A stretch of 62,446 bases of DNA, counting the filler, from Sphacelaria rigidula (lineage: Eukaryota): the NCBI GenBank assembly GCA_964200075.2. It is 9 parts of 9 records of this genome, joined end to end, with 100 filler letters (N's around TTAATTAATTAA, not from the genome) between each part and the next. Parts side by side here need not be neighbours in the genome. Positions count along the whole stretch, not along the records: positions 6,951 to 13,800 come from CAXNAA020017770.1; positions 13,901 to 20,750 come from CAXNAA020017771.1; positions 20,851 to 27,700 come from CAXNAA020017772.1; 6 more parts are not named here. One strand, 5' to 3'. Under the pieces are notes generated by a model that searched no databases, had not been told where the DNA came from, and was given only the letters and a program-made list of their open reading frames with translations. Positions 12,484-24,753 of this stretch are shown here, piece by piece. Each line of letters begins with the position of its first letter. Within the stretch, counting starts at the first letter, position 1. The position numbers and the translations under genes are program-made.

Positions 12484-12763
12484 CGTGAGATTGAGAGGCG
12501 AAGATACGATTGAGAGTGGAAAGCGGTCGCAATTAGTGAATGAATCGTTTCAGTTCCGAAATATCCTTCCACGAGACCCAATGTGCTTCCTGTAGTGGCT
12601 CGCCACTGAGGCCCTTGATATCCCTGAGTAGGGTATCGACGTGTAGCTGTAAGCACACGCCAGTGATGGAGGCAAAAAAACGCACACACGGAATGAAAAA
12701 TTGGCTAAGTTAAAGCGAATGATCAAAGCCACTCTCCGTCAGCGCTCTACTCTCAATCTCACG
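12484..12763. mobile_element. MITE (about 280 bp)
   Basis: Perfect 14-bp terminal inverted repeat CGTGAGATTGAGAG / CTCTCAATCTCACG. A second copy lies at about 44270-44541. Confidence 0.8.
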
Positions 12764-13800
12764 AATTTTTTGTTGATTGTGGTCTTACATTCTCTTGGAT
12801 CCTATCATACATCTAAACCTAGGACAGGCGCCAGGGAAAGACCTTGCCCCATTTGGTGGGCGAAAAGGCGGCTTTGACCCGCCTCTGCCCTTCGATGACT
12901 TTTGGGAAAGCGGAGAAAACGTTCCACATTAAACAAGGGGCGCCTCAAAAAGCACTTCGGAGTGGGTGGCGGTGGCGCGGGGAGGGGTTTTTCCACACTT
13001 GCTCGCTCACTCGGGTCTGAGAATTTTGCGGCATTTCACGCCCCCCCCCCCCCCCCCCCCCCCCCCCCACCCGCCCACCCCTTCATCGTTGCACATCTCG
13101 AAAGGTATCCAAGGTGAAAATGTACAAAAACAGTGGCTTGAGGAATGAGGAGCTATCGAAGCTGACTGAAACCTTCAAAAATATACCACGGTTTCCCACA
13201 GCATCGCCGAGGACCCGGTGGCAAATAGCCAACCACCCAGGAAGTTTGTTCCTCCTCTAACGATGCACTCAGTTGTTTTCACAGCTCCGTGTACCTCTCG
13301 TACCACCAACCGCTGATAACCCGCGGAGTCAGTTTTTCCTGCCGTTCATTTTTTCTGACGAGTAACCTCTCTTGAGTACTACGTGACGCGGATGCAGGCA
13401 TGCGTGTCGAGCTTTCACCTGATTTTAGACAGCGCTCGAAAAATAGCTCGACTGCTGCTGTGGACGGCTGTGATGCAATCGTTGGAATTGAGATTCATCC
13501 CGATCCAGAGCAATGCTACGACAGGGGTTGCACCTTTTGTTTCTGCGTCTCGTTTTTGTAGGAGCCCAAATATATGGCAAAATATATGTCGCTTAGGCCG
13601 TTTCTTCCGGTTCGTATTTTGTTTGGCTTGTATTTTACACGTTTAGGACATTTGACAAGGTTTTTGACCCCCAAACAGGGAAAATCGCTGCTACACGCCT
13701 TGGACACTTTGTATCACCCCACCGAGAGGAGCCTAGACCACTTTTCCGATTCGCTTGGGTCAGAGATTTCGAGAGCGGAATATGGACAAAAATACGAGGA

Positions 13801-13900
13801 NNNNNNNNNNNNNNNNNNNNNNNNNNNNNNNNNNNNNNNNNNNNTTAATTAATTAANNNNNNNNNNNNNNNNNNNNNNNNNNNNNNNNNNNNNNNNNNNN
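13801..13900. other. Artificial scaffold linker
   Basis: Identical 100-bp linker; preceding segment 6850 bp. Confidence 0.98.
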
Positions 13901-14032
13901 TTTTCGCGTTTCTGGCCATTTTTCGTACCTTTCTTGAGGAAAAAACGAGAAGGTATACCTTTTCCAGTCCATTGCTCTTTAAAGATCACCGTCAGCTGGC
14001 CCAGCCTGTATGTTATCACCCACTCTATTTAC

Positions 14033-14110
14033 CGCGCCCCGGTGGTGTAATCGTCCTACTGTCGTCAATAGGGTGGAGACAACAAGGGTTCGATTCCCGA
14101 TGTGTTGTTG
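14033..14110 (+). mobile_element. tRNA-derived SINE head or tRNA pseudogene
   Basis: A-box-like TGGTGTAATCG and B-box GGTTCGATTCC at tRNA-like spacing. Begins GCCCCGGTGG like the SINE at 15202-15560. I could not fold a good cloverleaf. Confidence 0.55.
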
Positions 14111-14359
14111 GGTTTTTTCTTCGCAATGGCTGATTTCCACCGTGGAAAGCGTGAGAATGCGTGTGAACAAACTAATCCACTGAGTTTGTTTGACGTGAGT
14201 TAACGCGGTGCGGGAGTGCTGACCAAATCCGCGAGACTAAATGCAAGGCGTGTACCGGAGGAGAGATGAGTTGATCCCTGGAGATCACGAATTCGCCCCG
14301 AGGTGAGGGGAGGGGTTCAAAGTGCGACAAATAAAAATGATGATGATAAAAAAAACCGA

Positions 14360-16177
14360 AGAATTTATTGATGACCTGATACTAGCAGTAGAAGCCGCAA
14401 AGCAAGGGGTCAAGGTGGTTGAAGATATGGTATCAGCATTGATGTTCGCAGATAATTTTGTGGGGATTTCAGGAACAGCAGAAGGATTACAGAAACAGAT
14501 AGACAAGGCGCTAAATTAAGCTAGGAAGCGGAGAGTGACAGCGAACGTTAACAAATGAGTGGTACTCGTCTGTAATGAAGAGAAGAAAAATCCGGTAGAG
14601 TTCAAATGCAAGTGGGCAGAAGAGGGATTGCAGATCGTATACAGTATACATACCGGGGCGTAGAGATATCAAGAAACTGTTATTGGGATGCGCGCATGAA
14701 TGAAATAATAGAAAATGGTAAGGCAGAGATTCGCATGATGGACGTGATCTTTAGAGACTCGCATCTAGGTACTAGGATTAAGATATGTATCCTGATGAAC
14801 GTGATCGTACCAAGGCTGAAATATGCAGGAGACGTATGGCAAGGAAACGTCAAGTTGGTGAAGGAGTTGGAAACAGTACAGATGGTAGCAGCTAAGAAAC
14901 ACTTGGATGTTCAAAAACTACGAGTATTACAGTACTGAGAGCAGAGTTGGGAATGTACTCACTTAAAATGACGATATACATGAGAAAATTGAGATGGCAA
15001 TGTAGATTAGAGAACATGCAGAGAAATCGATCGCCAGCTAAAATTAATAAGGCTGTATGGACGAAAATTACGAAAAAGTCAGGCTGGAATAAGGTGGGAT
15101 AGAGAAGTCAAGAAAGTATGGAGGGGGATAGGAGGAAACCAAGACAAAATATCGCCCATAGGTGAAGGCGCAGGGTACAAGACAAAAGTGAGAGCAATGA
15201 TATGTTGTGTGTGTTTTCCCATCTGTTCTGGACGCCGGTCTACACTTTTCGGTATATGTGGGCGCGCCAGCCGGGGTCACACAGGAGGAAGGTCAACCCC
15301 GGAGGTTTTGTTTTTGTTCGTTTTTAGTGCTCCACCTTCCCTCTGCGGTGTTTGCCTTCATTTTTCATCGCGAGGGGGGTTCAGCAGTCCCTTTCCCTCG
15401 TCGACCGTCAGGTCGAATTTTGCATACCCACGACACAGCCGCTCTCCGCTGTTGGGCATGGTGTGGGATAAAATCCCAGATCGCTCCGAGATTTGAACCC
15501 ACGACCCAACCGTCAGGAGGTTTCGAGGTTACCAACTGAGCCACCGGGGCAACCGGCTCGATGATGGAAATAAAATAGAAAGGGGCGCTCAGAAGCAAAC
15601 TAGACAAGGAAGAACACCTGAAGATATAGGGGAGGTACAGAGGGGGGATAGGTATGAAAACAATTTTGCATGGCCCAATGGACACGGCGAAAAATTCGAA
15701 ACTGCGATTTCGGGTGAGGGACCTGGACCTGCCAGAAAGAAGGAATAGATTTACCAGTAGTCGAGAGAAGGAAGTAGATGCACAGAATTGCCCCTGTGGC
15801 AAAGCAACAGGGAGCAGAAGTCACATAGTGGAAGAATGTGAACTATACAAGGAGGTACGGGACATGCTAGAGGGGGAAATGCGGGAGGTGAACGGAGGTG
15901 GCATGAACTCTTTCGATGCACTAGACAGTAGCGAAAAAACGATGGCTATACTAAGAGATGGATGATGGTCACAGACGGCGAAACAGGACGGGGATAAGAT
16001 GCGTAAAATATTTTTGTGTAATGTATGTAAGAAACGTAATGCTCACCTAAACCTTGACGGTGTCTCTATTAGGCGTGGGAACGGTGCTCCGTCCCGAAAG
16101 TAGGGATGCGTGGTCAGTGGTCAAACGACTCAGGCAAGCAACGAATCAGTACGCCGCGCCCCCCCCCCCCCCCCCCC
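14360..16177 (+). mobile_element. 5'-truncated degenerate LINE (RT C-terminal half, CCHC finger, poly-C tail), interrupted by a SINE
   Basis: Broken frames give LMFADNFVG (RT catalytic motif), Y.Y.GVEI, VIVPRLKYAGDVW, ELETVQMVAAKK and CPCGKATGSRSHIVEEC. Ends GTACGCCGCG followed by 19 C. Many stops and frameshifts. Confidence 0.9.
15202..15560 (-). mobile_element. tRNA-derived SINE inserted into the LINE
   Basis: Minus strand starts GCCCCGGTGGCTCAGTTGG (A box) ... GGTTCAAATCT (B box) and ends in a CA-rich tail. Flanked by ATGAT at 15197-15201 and 15561-15565. Absent from the LINE copy at 53950-55150. Second copy at 55598-55784. Confidence 0.85.
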
Positions 16178-17431
16178 TAGCCGTAGCCGTCGAGTGGCTC
16201 TTTACCATGCCGACAACTTTCGTACTACTACATAACCCCGCTGAAGTACGGGGGTAGTCTGATCAATCAATCGGGCACTTTCATCATATCGCACTCTGTC
16301 GCTATATACAATGTGGCCTGGTGGGGGCGATGAGGCGGCGAATTGAATTGTGCTCCAGCGCTCACCTCTGAATGGCCCACTCCACAATCCGGCCTGCAGA
16401 GGGGAGGTCGACATCTGCTAGCAGGAGGAGTCTCAACCGCGGAGGCGGGGAAGCAGGCCCGTCCCAGTTCACCGCGTACTGAACGCATGGCGGACATGAA
16501 AGCACAGCGAAATAAGACGTGTAAACAAAATAAAAATAAAAAACGGCGCGCATCGAGAGTACGGTTCATGTAGAAGAGTACATACGATGTTAGAAACATG
16601 CTCTGTGCTTTTGTTCGCGTAGGGATGTCGTGATGCATTTGGCACATTGTACTATTTTAAGATAAACAGCTCGAGCCGTAGCTGCTCATCAGCTGAGCAC
16701 GTTGTGCGTGACCTTGCACGATCTCTTCGGAGAGGTCAATGAGAACCGATGATTTGCGTGAGATGCGCGCACAGCTCACGTACACAAACGGTCAGAATCC
16801 GCATGTTTTCGGTTGTGATCTGAGATGCGCGCAGCCCCTATACCGAGCTCCAATGTAGAAAGGGTTTCGGTCAAACAAAGACTAGCGTGTGTACATGGGC
16901 AAGGGCTAGGGTTGAAACACCGGCGCGTGAGTGGGGATTATTTGTGTTTTTTCTAGGCTGGGAGTTCAGGTGTTGTGTTGCATTGTCGCGTTTCGTTTGT
17001 AGTAGTCTAACCCTCGACAATGTAAGATAAATGTCTAGGCTGTGGTCGTAGCACAGAGTACAGAGATATTGGACCAACGGTCACGTCCAGAACCACCGCA
17101 TCACCTGTGTGCAGATCTGGGCTTCGATCTGGACGAAACTGCTTCTCGACGAGACTCAAACAGGTCGTCGTGGCGGCATTCCTCTCACAAGAGGGGATTT
17201 CGAACAGAGGATATCATAATTTCCTGCGATAATAACCCGCCTAAAGCTTGGACTCTAATTGGAAGAAAACTGATTTCGGGAATTTTCGAGTTTAAGCCCA
17301 CCGACCAACTTGCGGCCATCAGGGTTTTACGGTGGGCCTTCTCCAAACCTTGCGGGACGGTCAGGCGGCCATCTGGCAGAGTGGGCGCCGAAACGGTCAG
17401 CAGCATACGGAGGAAAACCCCCAAAATTGTA

Positions 17432-18694
17432 AATGCTCTAGTTCCGTATGCGCGCATAAACTTTAGCTTTATTCGGGGGCTTTGAGCTTACACAGGCCTT
17501 CTTATCGCAAAGCTTATTTATAATTAGCAAAATATACTTGAAACGAGCTTCACATGCTTGAAACGCGCATAAAACGCGCATAAAGTTGCGATTTTGTTTT
17601 CCCGCGTCCTGCAGCCAGCTGCCCGCAAGTGCTCCATTTGGCGTGACTCGGCCACCAGACAGGCCGACAGTCTTCGGGCTTTTACTTTCATGCTCGTGTT
17701 TCGTTTTCATATCTTGTTGCGGGTCTGATCAGCAAAAAAGTCCACGTGATATATTTACACATGATACTACGTTGTTTTCAAAAATATAACCGACACTGGT
17801 ATTTGGTCGCTTCATAAAGAATTCGGGAGCAGCAAAGCTCATCGACTCCGTTTATATGAAGCAGCACGCAAGCTAAACCGGGAACGAGGTCCGCCAGCTT
17901 GCTTTTTTCCCCTTCGTAAGTCCCGAGGTCATGGCGGGTCTACTCTCCGAGAAGGACGACGTATTGGTGGCGGCCTCAGGCGCGCACTCAGTACGGCTTG
18001 CTGTCGTTTAGGGACGACAACAAGAACAGACTTCCCAGTTGGTATTTCGTGGCGATATATATAATGTTATTATCCAGCCATCGTCCGCGTCTATGAGACG
18101 AGTGTTTTGGATTTCGAGGGGGTGCTTGAACTCCCGGCAGGAGAAAGGCATCAGGTGACCGGATCGAATCCGCGGTTACGATGAAGAACAATCGGTACCG
18201 GTAGTTCGACAAGATTTTCAATGTCGACTGACGGTAGATGATGGGGGAGGGGGGGGGTAGCTTGTAGCTTTTAGCTTGCCGGGGGAGAGGCCAAAGGCTG
18301 CGATACCCCGTGTCCAGAGGCTACAACACCCTACTGCTGTATCAAGTATCGTAAGTGTAGTGTCGTTTGTCGTTCCCATCGGTGAGTCAGGGTATAGGTG
18401 TGCGGTTTGTGGCCTTCGAACTCAATGACTGAAGAAAAGGTTCAATTTTTAATCAAAAATGAACATCGAAACTTCGAATGCACAACTTGTCGTCTTGCCC
18501 TCATGCTAGAAGGCGCACCTCGTGAGGGGATACTGCCACAACGCCACAACAAGGACGGGCATAAGGGGACATGAAGCGCGCCTAATTTGCGCTAAAAAGG
18601 CTCAAAATGAGGCTTAAAAAAAAAAATGAAGAAACGTACAAAACATTTTAAGCTTGATTCCAATAAAGAAACGCGCATACGGAACTAAAGTCTA
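17432..18694 (+). mobile_element. Non-autonomous hAT DNA transposon with a decayed transposase C-terminus
   Basis: Perfect inverted-repeat core TAGTTCCGTATGCGCG (17439-17454 and 18672-18687) within a roughly 23-bp TAGG-type terminus. 17850-18230 is homologous to the hAT dimerisation ORF at 59939-60319 but frameshifted. No clear 8-bp target duplication remains. Confidence 0.85.
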
Positions 18695-20411
18695 GATTTA
18701 GACCACCTTTACAGTGTTACGCCAAAAAAAAAAAAAGTCAAATGTACGCTGATTTTCGCATACAAGAACCATTGTACAAATTACCAGGTTGGATCATCCG
18801 CAAAAGTAGGTGTAGTTAACACGAGCGAGGAGTGGGACGACCTACGGCTCAACACACGGCATATCTGAAAAGCCGTGTTCAAGGCCGGATCTTTGGCACA
18901 AGTTGCAGGCCGAGAACATCATCATATCCCGCGTTCGGTGGTGTGCATGGTGTTGCTCGGTGCGGGTGCCTTGCGGGCCCCATTGTACAACGATAGGAGG
19001 CGACCACGCTTGGTGTTCCAGCGCACCACCGCGCCCAGGGCGTAGTATATGGAGTGTACGATCCGCTTGAAAAAGAAGCAACTCATTTGCTTTCGTCGCA
19101 CTGGAGAACAGCACAATCGTTTTGCATGCATGTCTGGCGGCGCAGCTGATGTGTTTGAAATTTGAAAACTCCGTCATGACCACTAGAGAAAGTGCAGTAT
19201 AATACGCTGATGCAATGTACGGTCTACAGACAGCACACCCGTACCGTAATACTACGTAACCGCATATGATACGCGGCGTAATCAGGGCGTAACCGCATCT
19301 CATGTTTATTTGAGTACTTTCCTACGGCAAACCACCATTTTTCAGTGCAACTCGAGTTGTGGATTTCTCGCCTGTGACTGCGTGTTCCGTCATGACCTTT
19401 GCACACTAGTTGGGCACAAGACAGGCAGCATATGCCCAAAGCATCCACGCGAGTGGGCCTGGGAACACCGTACAACATGGCCCCAGCCCATTGTGGGCAA
19501 CGCCGTTCATGCGCTCTCAAATCGGCCATGCAGCTGCCTAGGCTTTGTGCACTCCAGGTGAAAGCAGATGTGCACGCGCAGATGCACAAACTTGGACATT
19601 AAGCGCGGCTGGGCGGCCGATGTGGTAAAAAACTGACATCAGTCTGTACTGCGACCCTCTTTGGATCATGACCAACTGTAGTGTACTCTGCCCGTGGAGA
19701 TGCGCATTTCAATATTCACGATCCTACGCGCGCTGTAGCCGCTGGGAGGCACTGAAACGTTTTATGGTACAGACAGACAATATCGCAGACTTGTGAAACA
19801 GTTTTGTACAGACATTTTCTGCATGACCGCGGTATTGCGTACTCGTGCATGCAGCTGAAGAGCAAACGGGCGGTGAATAATCGAATAATCGTTCGAGTAC
19901 GGTGTCGTACCTTGGTATCCCAGGGTAATACAGTGCAGGACACTCCATCATTACATGATAATAGCGTGTGGTAGTACATGATGGCACAGTTGGTATTGCG
20001 AGAATAGTGAACAAACAGTGTGCGAGCAAGAGTTCAGGAGCGTAGTACGATCCATCACCCTACAACTACAGCGGCAACAGAGTACAGGCTGGGCCAGCTG
20101 ACAGTGATTTTCAAGTGTATTTTGGCGATGCTGTAGGTAATTCGAAGAGTTAGGCGCTGAAATTTGACACAACATTTTTGTCATCACTACGCACAACAAT
20201 TCTCGAGGTGCATTTACAAAAGCAAAAAAAAGCAGGGAGTTAGAGCGATTTGAAGTCTCTGAAAAAAAAACTAGAAAAATGCTATGACTCCGTGAACAAA
20301 AAAAAAGAAGCATGCACCTCGAGAAATGTTGTACGTGGTGATAATACACATCCTGTGTCAAAATTTCAGCGCCTAGCTCTTCGACTTACCCACTGCATCC
20401 ATTTTTTCGTC

Positions 20412-20485
20412 TGGCACCCGGTGGTCAAACTGGTAGAACAGCCTCTTATTACACAGGTCACCAGTTCGAATCCCGACACGATCAT
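20412..20485 (+). mobile_element. tRNA-derived SINE head or tRNA pseudogene
   Basis: TGGTCAAACTGG (A-box-like) and AGTTCGAATCC (B-box-like) at tRNA spacing; stems are poor. Confidence 0.5.
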
Positions 20486-20750
20486 TTTGTTTTTGCGCAT
20501 AGTCTGAAATAACGCCTTGCATCTGGGGGATGAATAGCGTAGTTTGAGGTACTACTTCTCCCTCTTACGATGGTAAATGACCGTGGGCTGGGAGGTTCTC
20601 TTCCATGATGGAGCTGTTGACGACCTTGATGCCCTCTTGCAGCACTACTCGTGCCAGTGTGCTTTTGCTTGCGCATGTCGGGTCTACGCGTGCCTGTGCG
20701 GCGCAATTCCCTACCGGAATTCCACCGCATTTCGTGACACGAAACGTCAT

Positions 20751-20850
20751 NNNNNNNNNNNNNNNNNNNNNNNNNNNNNNNNNNNNNNNNNNNNTTAATT
20801 AATTAANNNNNNNNNNNNNNNNNNNNNNNNNNNNNNNNNNNNNNNNNNNN
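20751..20850. other. Artificial scaffold linker
   Basis: Identical 100-bp linker; preceding segment 6850 bp. Confidence 0.98.
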
Positions 20851-22479
20851 GCGGACCCCTCCGAAGAAAGCCCCGGAGGAGGGGGGGGGGGGGTTGGGGT
20901 TCAGAGTGTGGCAAAAAAAAACAGGAGGAGATGTTCGTCCTGTAGGACCGGGTACGAATGGCGCTTGTGTTTATTTACTCCTGCGGTTGTCGGCCTGAGT
21001 AGTGTACTCTTTACTCTTCACTCTTTACACTCTACACTTTGATGAATGTACCGTACCCATGTCGGTGTAGGTGGGTCAAGCCTACGAGTACATTGTGGTA
21101 ATGGTCTGCATGTACTCCCCGCGAGGGGCCTGTCTCCTCGAGGCTGACATCACCAGATGTCAAATATCGTACATCCGACCGGGAACGGTAGGTATGGAGA
21201 GCAATTTAATTCGCCTCTTGTGTTGCTTTGCGGTCGAGTTGGGATAGCTTGGATGCAGGGGTACGAGTATTACTACGTGTGCGAGGTTGAGTCCGGTCGT
21301 CCGCTGCACGTGTACGCTACGCTGCCCATGCATGGCTCGACTTTGTTCGTTGATTGGCGGGTAGCATCTGTCGTTGTCTGCCAGGACTACTGTACTGCGC
21401 GCGTGTGTTGATCTCTAGTTTTAGTTGACCAAGATAAGAAGCAAAATGCGCCAGCTTATCGCCACGAAAAGCTAGTAGAGGGGGGTTGGATCAAAGTTCA
21501 AGATGATGACACTTGCTTCCAAGTCCTTGGTCGATAGTGCCCTGAAATCCGTCTTGTCGTGCGTACTTCAATACTAGCGACCATGAGCGTAAGGCCAAAA
21601 AACATGCCCTGTTTCGACTTACAATTCACTGCAGCTCGAGAGCTGAACGTTGTGTATCGCCGCAACAAGGAGGTTCGAGAAAGAATGACTGCCTGATGAT
21701 ATTTTTTTAGTAAGATGGGCTTGATCCCATGCCCATGGGGGTTCGTGTCCCGTCTCTCAAGCACTTGTATATTGGTCTATATTGGCCGCCTGCCCCCGCT
21801 GGGTCTATTGTGGGGCAAGATAAGGACTCTCTTGCAGCCATCTTCCGGTTTCTACACCGCCAGAGCTCGAATTTCGACACCTCAAGACTCGTTACGCGCT
21901 AGCTTTGAGGCGAGAGTCTACACCACAAGTAGGTTGGTAGAGGGACGCGTGCGGCCGTTCCAGCGAGAACTGACGTACGTCATAGCGTTGATGCTACAGG
22001 CTGGCGCTACCTGTTGAGACCAAAAACGCATCTCCGGAGCACATAGCACGAATTCCAGCTGAGGGCAGTACAACGAGAAGGATATGTGCACTCGTGATAG
22101 GAGAAGCGCACGGAATGTGCCGCATACTGTGCTTACTGCTTACTGCTCACCGTTCAACTTCGAAGGTTTTCAAGTTTACTAGCTGAAGTTCATGAATAAA
22201 ATGGGCAGTTTTGCAACCCAAAAAAAGAGAGGAAGAATAAAGGAAGTTGAACCCTCCGCATTTGTCGACGCTACCTCATGGAAGCGTGCACCAACAACGC
22301 ATCGGATTATCCAAGGGTGTGGTCGGTCGCGGTTTTGTTAAAAAAAGATGAGCAATACAACAAAAAAATCGGAGAGAATTGCCGATGCGCCATTAAATGG
22401 GAACAAAGTTGCTCCAAGTTGCCCAGTTCATGAAGCTATAGTAGTCAGCATCAGAAGTTTTCAGGATTCGTAGTTGTTC

Positions 22480-23330
22480 TTTTTTCCGAGTTTTTCTGGA
22501 GTACCGTTCTTCACTACTACTTGAAAGTGCTAGCGCCGGTAGATTTAGGGAGAAAGCGTAGGCCGCGCTCAAACGGCAGTGCTCAAGTTGGTGTTTTGGG
22601 GGCGATACAGACTTGATACCCCGATTATCAGGAGGGCGTTATTGACTGTTTTTGGTCCAATGTAAGCAGTTTCCCCGCTCTTCAACGACGAAACGGAAAA
22701 TCAAACGGAAATCAGATAAATTAGTACGTATAAAATTCTTCACAATAACGGTCGAGATCGCATTTCCCTCCTATACTGCACAGACCTCAGTCTAGCATTT
22801 TCTGCGGATGGCCTATGTTCGGGGGGTTTTCGCATAACATTTTCCATGAGCACTCGAAAGTGTTAGCGTCGACAGTTTTGGCAAAATGAGCAAAACCGTG
22901 CTCAAATTGCAATCACCCAAGTTGGTGTTGTGGGGCGATACAGGGTAAAGACCCCGTTTATCAGGAGGGTGTTCTTGAACGTAAATGGTCCAAGAAATAT
23001 AGTTTTCCTGCTTTAGCGCAGTGAATTGATGGAATTTGAAAAAAAACATTTTTGAGTCTTCACTTATATGATTCGGATCGAGTGGGTCCATCGAAAATAC
23101 CGAAAAGCTAGAGCCTGAGATCGTATTTTTGCAGGACCCTCGAAGATCGGTCAAGCCCGCAAGTCACTCAGAATTGATCGCATATGATTTTTCTTCCAAT
23201 ATTTGTGAAGAGAATTAAAATATCTACAGATGCCCATTTTTTTGTATTTAATAGTCACTGTGATGAGCAGTGGCAAGCAAAACAAATTTGGACAATCTTT
23301 GAGAAACTAAGAAATTACAGATTCTGCATA
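22480..23330 (-). repeat. Degenerate copies of the MITE family seen at 35202-35719
   Basis: AAGTTGGTGTT...ACCCCG(T/A)TTATCAGGAGGG occurs twice (about 22585-22640 and 22919-22972) and matches the reverse complement of 35521-35572. Ends are approximate. Confidence 0.6.
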
Positions 23331-24169
23331 CTTCTGACGCTGAGTACTGTAACGACATATTTCGCTCGAGACCTGATAGTTGGAGCCTGCAACCTTGAGG
23401 AGAGGTCAGAATCTATCAATCTGGAGGCTATCACTAGGTTGGTTTCGTAGTGTTGTGTTATATTTCGGAAGTAGGAGGGAATACTTTTACTCTGGAAAAT
23501 CGATAATAAATCAAATGGACGTACTACACTATTATTATCCCGGAAACGAAACCAAGCACCTCATCTTGTGGTAGCCTTCAAACTGTCGGGATCCGATTCG
23601 CACCTCTCCTCGATATTTCGGATGCTAGCTTTCGAATTTCGAGTGATTGATTGCCAGAGACCCTCGATTTCAAGTAGCGGGATCAACCTGTAATTGTCAC
23701 AAGAACACCTCAATCCTCGACCCCCGGAGTCTGTCTACCCGAGCATGATATCGCTCTATCCCATTCTCAAACACGATCGAGAGTGTCGCGTCCACCATTT
23801 TCGCCATTACTTACATAGGCATTTACATATCAATGGCGACGCTCCTGAGCACGGGGGACCCATTACATCTTTTTCAAACGTCTTCACACACACCGTGATT
23901 TTCCCTCATGACTCCTTCTTTCTTACATCTCGTTTGCGGGGAATGAAATCAACGCACCTCCTCCCCGAACAACGTCAGTGGAGGGGTGTTATCCGACGTT
24001 TGAGCCATTCAAGGCCGGACAACGGATCTGAACACGTGACTGGTATGAATAGAAGTCCCAAGTCCTATAACCTACACAAAGTAGTGATACCTTCATATCT
24101 TCCGTTCATTGCGAGGAACTTTCAGACACCCCGGGAAAGATACTTGTCTATCCCCCCCAAGTACGAAGA

Positions 24170-24238
24170 TGCTCCGTCTCGGGATGCGTGGTCAATGGTC
24201 AAACGACTGAGGCAAGCAACAAATGAGTACGCCCCCCC
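24170..24238 (+). mobile_element. 69-bp 3'-terminal stub of the poly-C LINE with a 19-bp target-site duplication
   Basis: Matches the 3' end of the LINE copies at about 16085-16160 and 53950-54025. Flanked by the perfect direct repeat TCCCCCCCAAGTACGAAGA (24151-24169 and 24239-24257). Confidence 0.9.
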
Positions 24239-24671
24239 TCCCCCCCAAGTACGAAGAGGGTATGTTGCACCATCATGCTCCACAACATAAGAATGGCGAG
24301 ACCCCTGGACTCGCGGTAAGCATCGTTCGAACATACTCATCTAATCTTACTCCTTCATAACCCCTTTCCCCCTCTCCCGGCCTCTCCTTCCGGGGATAAA
24401 GTCAACGCATCCTCTCTCTGAACATTCTCAGCCTGAAGGGGATGTTATCCGATGTGTCAGTTATTTGCGCCCGGAGAACATTTGATTTGAACACGTGGCC
24501 GGTATTATTAGAAAGACTACAAGCTTTCCCAAGTACGCGTCCCATTTCCTTTGGCGGAACTACAGGCACCCCGAGAGAGGTGAAGACATTGTTTTACCCC
24601 CTTCCGAAGTATTCCCCCCCCCCCTCCCCCATGGTCTTTGTTGCGTCGCGACACAGAAAGCAAAAACGGTC

Positions 24672-24753
24672 TGCTCCGTCTCGAAAGGGATGATGCGTGA
24701 TCATTGATCGAATGACTAAGGCAAGCAACAAATGAAAACACCCCCCTCCCCCC
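24672..24753 (+). mobile_element. 3'-terminal stub of the poly-C LINE
   Basis: TGCTCCGTCTCGAAAGGGATG...GACTAAGGCAAGCAACAAATGA followed by C-runs. Imperfect flanking repeat CCCCC..CGAAGTA. Confidence 0.8.

Noticed and set aside
12902-13148. Poly-proline ORFs (also 6903-7094 and 16054-16257)
   Set aside because: These are translations of C/G homopolymer tracts with no other coding signal.
18840-20750. Intron-containing decayed transposase (KDZ-like) or host exons on the minus strand
   Set aside because: Some exon-like stretches exist, but frames contain stops and I found no diagnostic motif or consistent splice chain.
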